A DNA stretch of 64,000 nucleotides, taken from positions 19,334 through 83,333 of the forward strand of contig DBFADZ010000039.1 in NCBI GenBank assembly GCA_048195375.1. The letters run 5' to 3'. Position 1 is the stretch's first letter. The number at the start of each line of letters is the position of its first letter. The notes under the pieces were generated by a model. The model did not search any database. It had not been told where the DNA came from and was given only the letters and a program-made list of their open reading frames with translations. Source of the DNA: Collinsella sp. Lineage in GTDB: Bacteria; Actinomycetota; Coriobacteriia; Coriobacteriales; Coriobacteriaceae. Position numbers and translations under genes: made by a program. This document shows, in pieces, positions 9,235 to 19,208 of this stretch.

Positions 9235-11883
9235 ATGGTGAAAAAGTCACCGGAAAACACTACTCCCGCAATTGTGGACAACGTAGAGGCGCTTGAGGCT
9301 AAGCTCGCTCAGATGCGAGAGGCCCAGGCGCTTTTTGCTACGTACACGCAGGAGCAGGTCGACAAGATCTTCTATGAGGCCGCCATGGCCGCCAACAAGG
9401 CTCGTATCCCGTTGGCGAAGTTGGCCATCGAGGAGACCGGCCGCGGCGTTCTTGAGGACAAGGTCATCAAGAACCACTACGCCGCAGAGTACATCTACAA
9501 CGCTTACAAGAACACCAAGACCTGTGGTGTCCTGGAGCGCGACGAGGCTTACGGCATCACCAAGATCGCCGAGCCCATCGGCATCGTGGGCGCCGTCATC
9601 CCGACGACCAACCCCACCTCCACCGCGATCTTCAAGACGCTGATCTGCCTGAAGACCCGCAACGCCATCATCATCTCCCCGCACCCGGCAGCCGCCAAGT
9701 GCACCATCGCCGCCGCCAAGCTCGTGCTTGACGCCGCCGTCAAGGCCGGCGCCCCCGAGGGCATCATCGGCTGGGTCGATGTCCCCTCCATCGAGCTGAC
9801 CAACATGGTCATGCGCGACGTCGACATCATCCTCGCCACCGGTGGCCCGGGCATGGTCAAGGCCGCTTACTCCTCGGGCAAGCCCGCCCTGGGCGTTGGC
9901 GCCGGTAACACCCCGGTCGTCATCGACGACACCGCCGACGTGCTGCTCGCCGTCAACTCCATCATCCACTCCAAGACCTTCGACAACGGCATGATCTGCG
10001 CTTCCGAGCAGTCCGTGACCGTCATCGACACCATCTATGACCAGGTCAAGGCCGAGTTCCAGAAGCGCGGCTGCTACTTCGTCAAGCAGGGTGCCGAGAT
10101 GGAGGCCCTGCGTGCCGCCATGTTCAAGAACGGCGCTCTCGATCACCGCATCCCCGGCATGGCCGCCGCCAAGATCGCCGAGCTCGCCGGCATCGAGGTT
10201 CCCGCCAAGACCAAGATCCTGATCGCCGAGGTCACCTCCACCGACCCCGCCAAGGAGGAGTTCTCCCACGAGAAGCTCTCCCCGGTCCTGGCCATGTACC
10301 ACGCCAAGGACTTCCAGGAGGCCGTCGACAAGGCCGAGCACCTGGTGCTCGCCGGTGGCCCGGGCCACACCGCCTCTCTGTACGTGCACCCCGCTCAGGC
10401 CGAGAAGATCAGCCTGTTCGAGCACGTCATGAAGGCCTGCCGTATCGTCATCAACACCCCGTCCTCGCACGGCGGCATCGGTGACCTGTACAACTTTGGC
10501 ATGAAGCCGTCTCTGACCCTGGGCTGCGGCTCCTGGGGCGGCAACTCCGTCTCCGAGAACGTTGGGGTGAAGCACTTGATCAACGTTAAGACTGTGGCCG
10601 AGCGCCGTGAGAACATGCTGTGGTTCCGCGCTCCCGAGAAGGTCTACTTCAAGAAGGGTTCCACGCCCGTCGCCCTCGACGAGCTGGGCAACGTCATGGG
10701 CAAGAAGCGCGCCTTCATCGTCACCGACCAGTTCCTCTTCAAGAATGGCAACACCCGCGCCATCGAGGCCAAGCTCGACGAGATGGGCATTGCCCACGAC
10801 TGCTTCTACGACGTCGAGCCCGATCCGTCGCTGCAGTGCGCACGTCGCGGCGCCAAGCAGATGGCTCTCTTTGAGCCGGACGTCATCATCGCCGTCGGCG
10901 GTGGCTCCGCTATGGACGCCGGCAAGATCATGTGGATGATGTACGAGCACCCCGAGTGCAAGTTTGAGGACATGGCCATGGACTTCATGGACATCCGCAA
11001 GCGTATCTTCACCTTCCCCGAGATGGGCAAGAAGGCCTACTTCGTCGCCGTCCCGACCTCCTCGGGTACCGGCTCCGAGTGCACGCCGTTCGCCATCATC
11101 ACCGATAAGGAGACCGGCATCAAGTGGCCGCTCGCCGACTACGCGCTGCTCCCCAACATGGCTATCGTCGACGCCGACAACTGCATGACCGCCCCGCGCG
11201 GCCTGACCGCCGCCTCCGGCATCGACGTCATGACCCACGCCATCGAGTCCTACGTCTCCATCATGGCTTCCGACTACACCAAGGGCCTCTCCGAGCGCGC
11301 TGCCAAGCTCGTCTTTGAGAACCTGCCCTCCAGCTTCACGAACGGCGCCAAGGACCCGCATGCCCGCGAGGAGATGCACAACGCCTCCTGCATGGCCGGT
11401 ATGGCCTTCGCCAACGCCTTCCTGGGCCTCAACCACTCCATGGCCCACAAGCTCGGCGCTTTCCATCACCTGCCCCACGGCCTCGCAAACGCCGTCATCC
11501 TGACCCGCGTCATGCGCTACAACGCCGCCGAGGCTCCCGTCAAGATGGGTACCTTCTCCCAGTATCCTTACCCCAACGCGCTGCACAACTACGCCGAGAT
11601 GGCCAAGTACTGCGGCATCGAGGGCAAGGACGACAAGGAGGTCTTCGAGAACTTCATCACGAAGCTCGAGGAGCTCAAGGACTTCATCGGCGTCAAGAAG
11701 ACCATCGCCGACTACGGTGTCGACGAGCAGTACTTCCTCGACACCCTCGACGAGATGACCGAGCAGGCATTCAACGACCAGTGCACCGGCGCCAACCCGC
11801 GCTACCCGCTCATGAGCGAGATCAAGGAGCTCTACCTGGACGCCTACTACGGCCGCGAGCCCCAGGATTACGCCGTCTGCTAG
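9235..11883 (+). CDS. adhE: Bifunctional acetaldehyde-CoA/alcohol dehydrogenase
   Basis: PTTNPTSTAIFK, SKTFDNGMICASEQ, TLGCGSWGGNS linker, GGGSAMDAGK, HSMAHKLG...HG. Confidence 0.98.
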   Translation: MVKKSPENTTPAIVDNVEALEAKLAQMREAQALFATYTQEQVDKIFYEAAMAANKARIPLAKLAIEETGRGVLEDKVIKNHYAAEYIYNAYKNTKTCGVLERDEAYGITKIAEPIGIVGAVIPTTNPTSTAIFKTLICLKTRNAIIISPHPAAAKCTIAAAKLVLDAAVKAGAPEGIIGWVDVPSIELTNMVMRDVDIILATGGPGMVKAAYSSGKPALGVGAGNTPVVIDDTADVLLAVNSIIHSKTFDNGMICASEQSVTVIDTIYDQVKAEFQKRGCYFVKQGAEMEALRAAMFKNGALDHRIPGMAAAKIAELAGIEVPAKTKILIAEVTSTDPAKEEFSHEKLSPVLAMYHAKDFQEAVDKAEHLVLAGGPGHTASLYVHPAQAEKISLFEHVMKACRIVINTPSSHGGIGDLYNFGMKPSLTLGCGSWGGNSVSENVGVKHLINVKTVAERRENMLWFRAPEKVYFKKGSTPVALDELGNVMGKKRAFIVTDQFLFKNGNTRAIEAKLDEMGIAHDCFYDVEPDPSLQCARRGAKQMALFEPDVIIAVGGGSAMDAGKIMWMMYEHPECKFEDMAMDFMDIRKRIFTFPEMGKKAYFVAVPTSSGTGSECTPFAIITDKETGIKWPLADYALLPNMAIVDADNCMTAPRGLTAASGIDVMTHAIESYVSIMASDYTKGLSERAAKLVFENLPSSFTNGAKDPHAREEMHNASCMAGMAFANAFLGLNHSMAHKLGAFHHLPHGLANAVILTRVMRYNAAEAPVKMGTFSQYPYPNALHNYAEMAKYCGIEGKDDKEVFENFITKLEELKDFIGVKKTIADYGVDEQYFLDTLDEMTEQAFNDQCTGANPRYPLMSEIKELYLDAYYGREPQDYAVC

Positions 11884-11900
11884 TTTTAGCACGGTTTTTA

Positions 11901-11939
11901 ACGGCGGGGGTGCACGGGTGTTACACACACCCCCGCCGT
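11901..11939. repeat. GC-rich intergenic hairpin between adhE and the kinase gene
   Basis: 12-bp stem acggcgggggtg/cacccccgccgt with no downstream U-tract on +. Confidence 0.6.
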
Positions 11940-11971
11940 CGCTTCTATCGCATCGTTGAAAGGATGCAACC

Positions 11972-12736
11972 ATGCTGCTACCCGATTCCAAGACCGAGCT
12001 CGTCCGCCGTGGCAACAAGGTCGTTTACGACCTGGGCGACAAGATCGTCAAGGTCTTTAACGAGACCAAGCCTGTCTCCGACGTGTTCAACGAGGCTTTG
12101 AATCTTGCCCGCATCAATGAGTGCGGCATCCGCAGCCCCAAGGCGCTCGAGGTTTCCCAGCTCGAGAACGCCAACGGCTGGGCGCTCGTGACCGAGAAGG
12201 TTCCGGGCACCACCCTTGCCGAGAAGATGACTGCCGAGCCCCAGCGCTTTGGTGAGTACCTCGAGATGTTCGTCGACCTCCAGATCGAGATCCACGGCTA
12301 CACCTCCCCGCTGCTCAACCGTCAGCGCGACAAGTACGCCCGCATGATCGACAGCCTTGATCAGCTCAATGCCACCACGCGCTACAACCTTCAGGAGCGT
12401 CTGGACGGCATGACCAAGGAGTTCAAGGTCTGCCACGGCGACTTCAACCCCTCCAACGTCATCGTCGGCGACGACGGCCAGCTCTATGTGTGCGACTGGG
12501 CACACGCCACCCAGGGCTCCCCTGCTGCCGACGTTGCCACCACCTACCTGCTCTTTGCCCTCAACAGCAAGGATCAGGCTGAGGCCTACCTGGAGCTCTA
12601 CTGCGACCGCGCCGACATGCCCATGCAGGTCGTGCGTCAGTGGACGAGCATCGTCGCCGCTTCCGAGCTCGCTCGTAAGCGCAACGTGAACGATGAGTTC
12701 CTGAAGAACTGGATCGACGTCGTCGATTATCAGTAA
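11972..12736 (+). CDS. Aminoglycoside-phosphotransferase-like (APH/ChoK fold) kinase, unknown substrate
   Basis: IVKVF, CHGDFNPSNV Brenner motif, CDW; AAAGGA RBS. Confidence 0.85.
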   Translation: MLLPDSKTELVRRGNKVVYDLGDKIVKVFNETKPVSDVFNEALNLARINECGIRSPKALEVSQLENANGWALVTEKVPGTTLAEKMTAEPQRFGEYLEMFVDLQIEIHGYTSPLLNRQRDKYARMIDSLDQLNATTRYNLQERLDGMTKEFKVCHGDFNPSNVIVGDDGQLYVCDWAHATQGSPAADVATTYLLFALNSKDQAEAYLELYCDRADMPMQVVRQWTSIVAASELARKRNVNDEFLKNWIDVVDYQ

Positions 12737-12768
12737 TATCTGAGCGATTTATTTCGCATCGGAGTCAC

Positions 12769-12812
12769 AAGGAAAACCCCGCAGCTCGCATGGGCTGTGG
12801 GGTTTTCCTTTT
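12769..12812 (+). terminator. Intrinsic terminator of the adhE-kinase unit
   Basis: aaggaaaaccccgcagc/gctgtggggttttcctt stem with T-run. Confidence 0.8.
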
Positions 12813-12835
12813 AGATATCGAGGATGCCACAAGAT

Positions 12836-12884
12836 AAAAGGACGGCCCCGCATCTCCCCGATCTGGAGAAATGCGGGGCCGTCC
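12836..12884 (-). terminator. Intrinsic terminator after proS
   Basis: 14-bp stem ggacggccccgcat/atgcggggccgtcc preceded by an A-run on +. Confidence 0.75.
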
Positions 12885-12914
12885 CGTATATCGAACTACA
12901 AGCGAAATCGTCGA

Positions 12915-14636
12915 TTAACGGCGTGCTGCCTTCACAAGCTCGGAGACCTTGGCGACGACCTCGTCGATCGCCACATCCTCGCGCTCACCCGTGGCACGGT
13001 CCTTGAGCTCAACGGTGCCATTCTTAAGGCCACGCTTACCCAGAACGACCTGATACGGGAAGCCCATAAGGTCGCTGTCGGCAAACTTAAAGCCGGGACG
13101 CTCGTCGCGGTCGTCGACGACAACCTCGATACCCTCGGCGCACAGGCCATCAACGATCTGCTCGCAGACGGTAGCGCACTCCTCCTTCTTGGGATCGAGC
13201 GGAATCACCGCGACCTCGTACGGAGCAACGGAGACCGGCCAGACGATGCCGTGCTCGTCGTTGTGCTGCTCCACGACAGCAGCGAGCGAGCGGGACACGC
13301 CCACGCCGTAGCAACCCATGATGAGCGGCTTCTCCTTACCGTCCTCATCCATAAAGGTGGCACCCATGGCCTCGGAATACTTGGTGCCCAGCTGGAAGAC
13401 CTGGGAGACCTCGATGCCACGGGCAGCAGAGAGCGGCTTGCCGCAGTGCGGGCAGGGATCGCCGGCAACAACGGTGACCAGATCGGCCCACTCGTCGACG
13501 GTAAAGTCGCGCTCGGGGCAGGCACCGGTAAAGTGATAGTCGACCTCGTTGGCACCGCAGGCCCACTGCTTGGACTCGCGCAGGCTCTCGTCGCAGACCA
13601 GACGAATGCCCTCGGGCAGGTTAACCGGTCCGATAAAGCCCTTATGCAGACCGTAGGTCTGGAGCTCCTCATCGGTCATCATGCGATAACCCTTGCCAAA
13701 GACATGCTCGGCCTTGCAGTCATTGAGCTCATGATCGCCCGGGACAATGGCCACGACTGGCTTGCCCTCGGCATCGATGAGCGCCAGCGACTTTCGCGTA
13801 CCGTTCTCGGGGAAACCGAAGAACTTGGCGACGGCCTCAATGGTGCCCATGCCCGGAGTCTCGACCTTGGTGAGCGTACCGTCGCCGGGGCCCTCAGTCA
13901 CGACGACCTTGGTGCTTGCGGCCTCATCGTCGGCAGCGAAGCCGCAATCGTCGCAGTAGACGAGCGAAGCCTCGCCGGCGTCGGCCAAAGCCATATACTC
14001 GACGGAGGTATCGCCACCGATCTCGCCGGAGTCGGCGACAACGGGCAGGGCCTTGATGTAGCAGCGCTCGCAAATGTTGGCATAGGCCTGCTTCATCTTG
14101 TCGTACTCCTCCTGCAGGCTCTCCTGCGTGGCGGAGAAGCTGTAGGCGTCCTTCATGATGAACTCGCGACCGCGCATCAGGCCAAAGCGGGGACGGAACT
14201 CGTCACGGAACTTGTCCTGGATGTGGTAGAGGTTGACGGGAAGCTGCTTATAGGAGCGCAGTTCATTGCGCACCAGGGCGGTGACAGTCTCCTCGTGGGT
14301 GGGACCCAGCACGAACTCACGGCCGTGACGGTCATCGAAGCGCACGAGCTCCTTGCCATAGGCATCGATACGGCCGGACTCACGCCACAGCTCGGCATCG
14401 ACCATGATAGGCATCATGAGCTCCTGGGCACCGGCGGCATCCATCTCGTCGCGCACGATGTTCTCGATCTTGCGGATCGAGCGCCATGCGAGCGGCAGAT
14501 AGGAATACAGGCCGGCGGCCTCCTTGCGGATCATGCCGGCACGGAGCAGCAGGCGGTGGCTGGCGAGCTCAGCGTCCGCCGGATCCTCTTTAAGCGTCGG
14601 CGCATAGAGCTTAGACATATACATTGCTCGGGTCAT
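12915..14636 (-). CDS. proS: Proline--tRNA ligase (with editing insertion domain)
   Basis: SHRLLLRAGMI, LGPTHEE, KFRDEFRPRFGLMRGREF, MGCYGVGVSR. Confidence 0.97.
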   Translation of the reverse strand: MTRAMYMSKLYAPTLKEDPADAELASHRLLLRAGMIRKEAAGLYSYLPLAWRSIRKIENIVRDEMDAAGAQELMMPIMVDAELWRESGRIDAYGKELVRFDDRHGREFVLGPTHEETVTALVRNELRSYKQLPVNLYHIQDKFRDEFRPRFGLMRGREFIMKDAYSFSATQESLQEEYDKMKQAYANICERCYIKALPVVADSGEIGGDTSVEYMALADAGEASLVYCDDCGFAADDEAASTKVVVTEGPGDGTLTKVETPGMGTIEAVAKFFGFPENGTRKSLALIDAEGKPVVAIVPGDHELNDCKAEHVFGKGYRMMTDEELQTYGLHKGFIGPVNLPEGIRLVCDESLRESKQWACGANEVDYHFTGACPERDFTVDEWADLVTVVAGDPCPHCGKPLSAARGIEVSQVFQLGTKYSEAMGATFMDEDGKEKPLIMGCYGVGVSRSLAAVVEQHNDEHGIVWPVSVAPYEVAVIPLDPKKEECATVCEQIVDGLCAEGIEVVVDDRDERPGFKFADSDLMGFPYQVVLGKRGLKNGTVELKDRATGEREDVAIDEVVAKVSELVKAARR

Positions 14637-15719
14637 TTATTTCTCCTCAATAAGTTTGTCGACCTCTGCCATAAGCGCGTCGACAATATGGTCCTCAGCT
14701 ACTTTACCAATGATCTGGCCATGCGAAAAGAGCAAGGCCTGACCACGTCCGCAAGCAACGCCCAGGTCGGCATCAGAAGCCTCACCGGGGCCATTAACGG
14801 CACATCCCATCACAGCGATCGAAAGCGGCGCGGAGTAGTTCTTAAGCCGCTCGGTGACCTCCTCGGCGATGGGAATGAGGTTAACCTGGCAGCGGGCGCA
14901 CGTGGGGCACGAGACAATCTCGGGGCCACGGCGACGCAGGCCCAGCGACTGCAGAATACCCCAGGCAACCGGCGGCTCCTCAACCGGATCGGCGGTAAGC
15001 GACACGCGCATGGTGTCACCGATGCCCTCGGACAGCAGAATACCCAGACCCACCGAGCTCTTGATAGTGCCCTGCAGCTTGGTCCCCGCCTCCGTCACGC
15101 CCAGGTGAAGCGGAACATGGGGAATCTCGCGCGAGAGGGCTCGATAGGTATCAAGCGTCGTTTGCACGCTATGGGCCTTGGCCGAAAGCACAATGTTGGT
15201 AAAGCCGCGGTCTTCAAAATGCTTGACAAAACGCTCGCTCGACATCACGAGCTTTTCGGGCTGCGTGAGGTCGTCGCGCTCGGCGATATCCTGCTCGAGT
15301 GAACCGGCATTGACGCCGATACGAATCGCACAGCCCGCGGCACCAGCAGCATCGATCACCGCGTCAACCTTGGCCCAATCGCCGATATTGCCGGGATTGA
15401 TGCGCAGCTTGGCAGCACCGGCCTCAACGGCACCAATGGCGAGTTTATGGTTAAAGTGAATATCGGCGACGATCGGCACCGGGGACTCAGCACAGATGGT
15501 ACGAAAGCCCTCGAGCGCGGCCTCGGTGGGTACACTCACGCGCACGATATCGCAGCCCGCCTGCGCCAACGCGCGAACCTGCCCAAGCGTTACCTGGGCA
15601 TCAGCGGTATCAGTGCAGGTCATAGACTGAACCACCACCGGCGCGCCGCCGCCGATCTGCACGCCGCCCACATGCACGGGGCGCGTCAGCTCGCGCGGCA
15701 AAGAATGGGTTAAAGACAA
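14637..15719 (-). CDS. ispG: 4-hydroxy-3-methylbut-2-enyl diphosphate synthase
   Basis: VQSMT, VADIHF, RINPGNIG, SCPTCARC, MGCAVNGPGEA; start estimated at TTG 15719. Confidence 0.95.
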   Translation of the reverse strand: MSLTHSLPRELTRPVHVGGVQIGGGAPVVVQSMTCTDTADAQVTLGQVRALAQAGCDIVRVSVPTEAALEGFRTICAESPVPIVADIHFNHKLAIGAVEAGAAKLRINPGNIGDWAKVDAVIDAAGAAGCAIRIGVNAGSLEQDIAERDDLTQPEKLVMSSERFVKHFEDRGFTNIVLSAKAHSVQTTLDTYRALSREIPHVPLHLGVTEAGTKLQGTIKSSVGLGILLSEGIGDTMRVSLTADPVEEPPVAWGILQSLGLRRRGPEIVSCPTCARCQVNLIPIAEEVTERLKNYSAPLSIAVMGCAVNGPGEASDADLGVACGRGQALLFSHGQIIGKVAEDHIVDALMAEVDKLIEEK

Positions 15720-15732
15720 TCCAAACACTCCC

Positions 15733-17094
15733 CTACAGAATAAATCGAAGGATGTCGGAACGAAGCATATAGACAAACAGCAGTGCGAAGAGCGCGATGC
15801 CCACATAGCTCACAATCGTCTGAGCCTTGAGAGGCAGCTCGCGACCCGCAATCTTTTGAATAATCTCGATGACTAACTTACCGCCGTCGAGCGGGGGGAT
15901 GGCCAGCAAGTTCATAAAACCCAGCGAGAACGAAATGAGCGCGGCAAACGACAGGAACGTTACGGGGCCGGCAGCAGCCGCCTGAGAGGACATGACGCTG
16001 ATGCCCACGATCGACGAGGACTGGTCGAGAATCTCCATCGTATGCTGCGGCTGGAGTAGGCGCATCACGCCCTCCGCTGTCTGCACGACATAGGAGAAAG
16101 ACAGGCGAGCCGACGTGATGGGGTCTAAACGGACCACCTGCGTAGAGGCATACACACCTAGGCGCTCGTCCTCTTTGAGCGCAACCGTGGTCGAATGCTG
16201 CTTGCCGTCACGCTCGTACTCGATGGCGATATCGTCCTTACCGGCAGCCTTGCCGATAGCATCGTAGACGTCCATCCAAGTGGAACATGAGACACCGTCG
16301 ACCGAAAGGATCGCGTCGCCGCCCTCGATACCCGCCTTGGCGGCAATAGACCCCTCGTCAACCTGACCGATCACGTTGGTATCCATCGGCACGGTGACAC
16401 CCGCAATAGAGTAGATGCTCATAAGCAGCAAAAAGCCCGTCAAGATATTGACGAGAATGCCCGCGAGCAGCATAAAGGCGCGCTTGAGAAAACCCTGGCC
16501 AAGATAAGTGTGCGAACGCTCTTGCGCCAAGAAATCAGCCTCGCCGCACGGCAGCTCCCACACATCGCCCTCGGCAGTCGCATGCTCTCGATCGAACCGG
16601 CGGCCGTCAAAGGTGGTGTAGCCCGCCGCGTCTCGCGGCAGCGTCTGATACTTGGTGGGATAGTAGCTCGGCGAGGGCTTCTCCCCTTCCTCATACCAGG
16701 GCGCGATGGAGCCCCAACCCAAGAGCAAGGCACATGCCTCGAGCACATCCCCCTCGGACAGCTCAAGTTCGGCGGCAAGGTCGGCAACGGTCACGCGACC
16801 ATGACGATAGATAGCCGCGAGCACGCGATCGGCGCACGAGACGTCGGTCGGATCCATACCGCAGATGGCAGCGTAGCCACCCAGCAGCAGCGGGGTCACG
16901 CCAAACTTAGTTCCAATGCGACGCGACGTGTAATGGATGTCAAAGCGGCATGGCAGGCCCAAAAAGAACTCGGTCACACGGACGCCGCAGGCACGCGCCG
17001 CCAAAAAGTGGCCGCCCTCGTGCAAAAACACGAGGACGGAAAGCATCAGCAGGCCCCAAAAAACCGATGAAAGAACGCTCAGAACAGTATCCAT
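15733..17094 (-). CDS. rseP: Site-2 (M50) intramembrane metalloprotease with PDZ domain
   Basis: HEGGH, GGY loop, PDZ (GSIAAKAGIEGGDAILSVDG), NLLAIPPLDGG; canonical dxr-rseP-ispG order. Confidence 0.9.
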   Translation of the reverse strand: MDTVLSVLSSVFWGLLMLSVLVFLHEGGHFLAARACGVRVTEFFLGLPCRFDIHYTSRRIGTKFGVTPLLLGGYAAICGMDPTDVSCADRVLAAIYRHGRVTVADLAAELELSEGDVLEACALLLGWGSIAPWYEEGEKPSPSYYPTKYQTLPRDAAGYTTFDGRRFDREHATAEGDVWELPCGEADFLAQERSHTYLGQGFLKRAFMLLAGILVNILTGFLLLMSIYSIAGVTVPMDTNVIGQVDEGSIAAKAGIEGGDAILSVDGVSCSTWMDVYDAIGKAAGKDDIAIEYERDGKQHSTTVALKEDERLGVYASTQVVRLDPITSARLSFSYVVQTAEGVMRLLQPQHTMEILDQSSSIVGISVMSSQAAAAGPVTFLSFAALISFSLGFMNLLAIPPLDGGKLVIEIIQKIAGRELPLKAQTIVSYVGIALFALLFVYMLRSDILRFIL

Positions 17095-17119
17095 AAATCG
17101 AAAAAGCAATCCTTATGGG

Positions 17120-18307
17120 TTAAGAACGGGTTGCGGCGAGCACCTGCGCAGCCTTTTCACGCGCCCACGCATCAATGTCGTGAAGTTGCTCAAACGAATC
17201 GACCGTCTGCGCATCGTGAGCATCCATGCAAGATTCCACAATGCGATCGATATCGGTAAAGCTGCAGCCATCGTGCAGGAAGGCATCGACGGCGACCTCA
17301 TTGGCGGCATTGAGCACGCACGGCATGGTGCCACCCGTCTTGCCGGCACGCTCGGCCAGTGCCAGACAGCGGAAGGTATCCATGTCGGCAGCATCAAACG
17401 TAAGCTGTCCCAGCTCGCGAAAATCGATACGAGGCGCCGGGGTATCCCAACGCTCGGGATACGAGAACGCGAACTGGATGGGAATACGCATGTCGGAAGC
17501 ACCGAGATGCGCCATCACGGAGCCGTCAGCGAACTCGACCATAGAGTGAATCTTGGACTGACGCTGCACGACCACGTTAATGAAATCGAGGTCGCAGTTA
17601 AACAGATGCATGGCCTCAATGCGCTCCAGGCCCTTGTTCATAAGGGTGGCGGAGTCGATGGTGATCTTGGCACCCATGGCCCACGTGGGATGTGCGAGGG
17701 CATCGGCACGCGTCACGCAATCGAGCTCGTCGCGTGTTCGGCCAAAGAACGGACCGCCCGAGCAGGTGAGCCAAATACAATGAGCCTCGCGCGGGTCCTC
17801 GCCCAGATAGCACTGGTAGATGGCGGAGTGCTCAGAGTCGACTGGAATAAGCTGGCCCGGTTGCGCCAACGGCATAAGCAAGTCGCCACCGACGACGAGG
17901 GACTCCTTGTTGGCAAGTGCAAGGCGCTTATTTGAGGTCAAGGCCGCATGGCTCGCCTCGAGACCGGCGGCACCCACAATAGCGACGAGCACGCAGTCGA
18001 CATCGTCGCGACGCGCGAGCTCGCAAACCGCCTGCGCGCCAACGCCGAGCTTCGTTCCCTCGGGCAACTCCTGCAGCACGGCGTCATCGCCATGAGCGAC
18101 ATCGGCCACGGCAACCGCCGAAACCGAGAACTCGCGGGCAGCGGCAACAAGCTCGGAGGTACTGGAATTAACGGACAGCGCCGTTACCTGCAGTCGATCG
18201 GCATGCTGACGGCACACGTCGAGTGCCTGCGTGCCGATAGAGCCCGTACAACCCAGGATGGCAACACGAAGGCGTCCATCGGAGCCATACGTCGTCTGGA
18301 ATGACAT
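17120..18307 (-). CDS. dxr: 1-deoxy-D-xylulose-5-phosphate reductoisomerase
   Basis: LGCTGSIG, LANKESLV, PVDSEHSAI, MGAKITIDSATLMNKGLE, NAANE. Confidence 0.97.
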   Translation of the reverse strand: MSFQTTYGSDGRLRVAILGCTGSIGTQALDVCRQHADRLQVTALSVNSSTSELVAAAREFSVSAVAVADVAHGDDAVLQELPEGTKLGVGAQAVCELARRDDVDCVLVAIVGAAGLEASHAALTSNKRLALANKESLVVGGDLLMPLAQPGQLIPVDSEHSAIYQCYLGEDPREAHCIWLTCSGGPFFGRTRDELDCVTRADALAHPTWAMGAKITIDSATLMNKGLERIEAMHLFNCDLDFINVVVQRQSKIHSMVEFADGSVMAHLGASDMRIPIQFAFSYPERWDTPAPRIDFRELGQLTFDAADMDTFRCLALAERAGKTGGTMPCVLNAANEVAVDAFLHDGCSFTDIDRIVESCMDAHDAQTVDSFEQLHDIDAWAREKAAQVLAATRS

Positions 18308-19206
18308 TACAGCACGCCCCCGATCATCAAAAGCAGCTGCGCGGTGATGCAGCCGAAGATAAGCGAATCGCTACGATCGAGCATGCCGCCGTGGCCCGGG
18401 ATAAGGTTGCCGGAATCCTTGACGCCCACGCCGCGCTTGATGCGCGACTCGATAAGGTCGCCGATAACGCCCAGAATGGACACGACCACGCCGCACAGCA
18501 GCGCATAGGGCAGGCTGAGCTTGTAGGAATGCGTCGCCCACAGGATGAGCCAAATCAAAACCGAGCCCAGGATGCCGCCGGCAAACCCCTCCCAGCTCTT
18601 TTTGGGAGAGATCTTGGGAACCATCTTGTGCTTGCCGATACGGCTACCCACGATGTAGGCAAACGAGTCGGAGACCCAAAGGGACGCGCAAACGCCCACC
18701 GAAAGCAGGGCGCCGGCAAAACCGGGCACGGCATCGCGCAGCAGCACGATAGCCGACAGCATAAAGCCAGTGTAGATGGGACCCATGAGCGTCACGGCCA
18801 CATCAGAGATGCGGGTACGCGGCGACCAGACATACCAAATGCCCACAGCGAGCATCAGGGCAAAAAGCAGGGCATTCAGCAACATCGAATCGCCCAACGC
18901 CGACAGCGGAAAGAGTACGGCGGCAGCGATACCCATGCGCTCGTTAGCCATCTTGCCATCGAGCCTCGTCATACGGAAAAACTCATAGCAGCACAGACCG
19001 CTCATGACAGAAACAAAGATGGCCGTGGGCACGATACCCAAAACCAGGCACAGGATAAAGACAACGGCATAAACGATACCGGCGGCGGCACGGGTAATAA
19101 AGCCCGCCAGCCACGAACCGGTGCCGCTCTTAGCTGCAGGCGCTCCCGCAGTGGCAGCTTTGCGCGCAGGCGTCTTGAGAGCAGATGCCTTGGGACGATC
19201 GGACAC
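18307..19206 (-). CDS. cdsA: Phosphatidate cytidylyltransferase
   Basis: Multi-TM protein; ISPKKSWEG, GDLIESRIKRGVGVKDSG..PGHGGMLDR.DS. Confidence 0.95.
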   Translation of the reverse strand: MSDRPKASALKTPARKAATAGAPAAKSGTGSWLAGFITRAAAGIVYAVVFILCLVLGIVPTAIFVSVMSGLCCYEFFRMTRLDGKMANERMGIAAAVLFPLSALGDSMLLNALLFALMLAVGIWYVWSPRTRISDVAVTLMGPIYTGFMLSAIVLLRDAVPGFAGALLSVGVCASLWVSDSFAYIVGSRIGKHKMVPKISPKKSWEGFAGGILGSVLIWLILWATHSYKLSLPYALLCGVVVSILGVIGDLIESRIKRGVGVKDSGNLIPGHGGMLDRSDSLIFGCITAQLLLMIGGVL

Positions 19207-19208
19207 GA

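Noticed and set aside
11972..12736. Aminoglycoside resistance gene
   Set aside because: Only the general kinase fold motifs are present; host-like codon usage and core metabolic context
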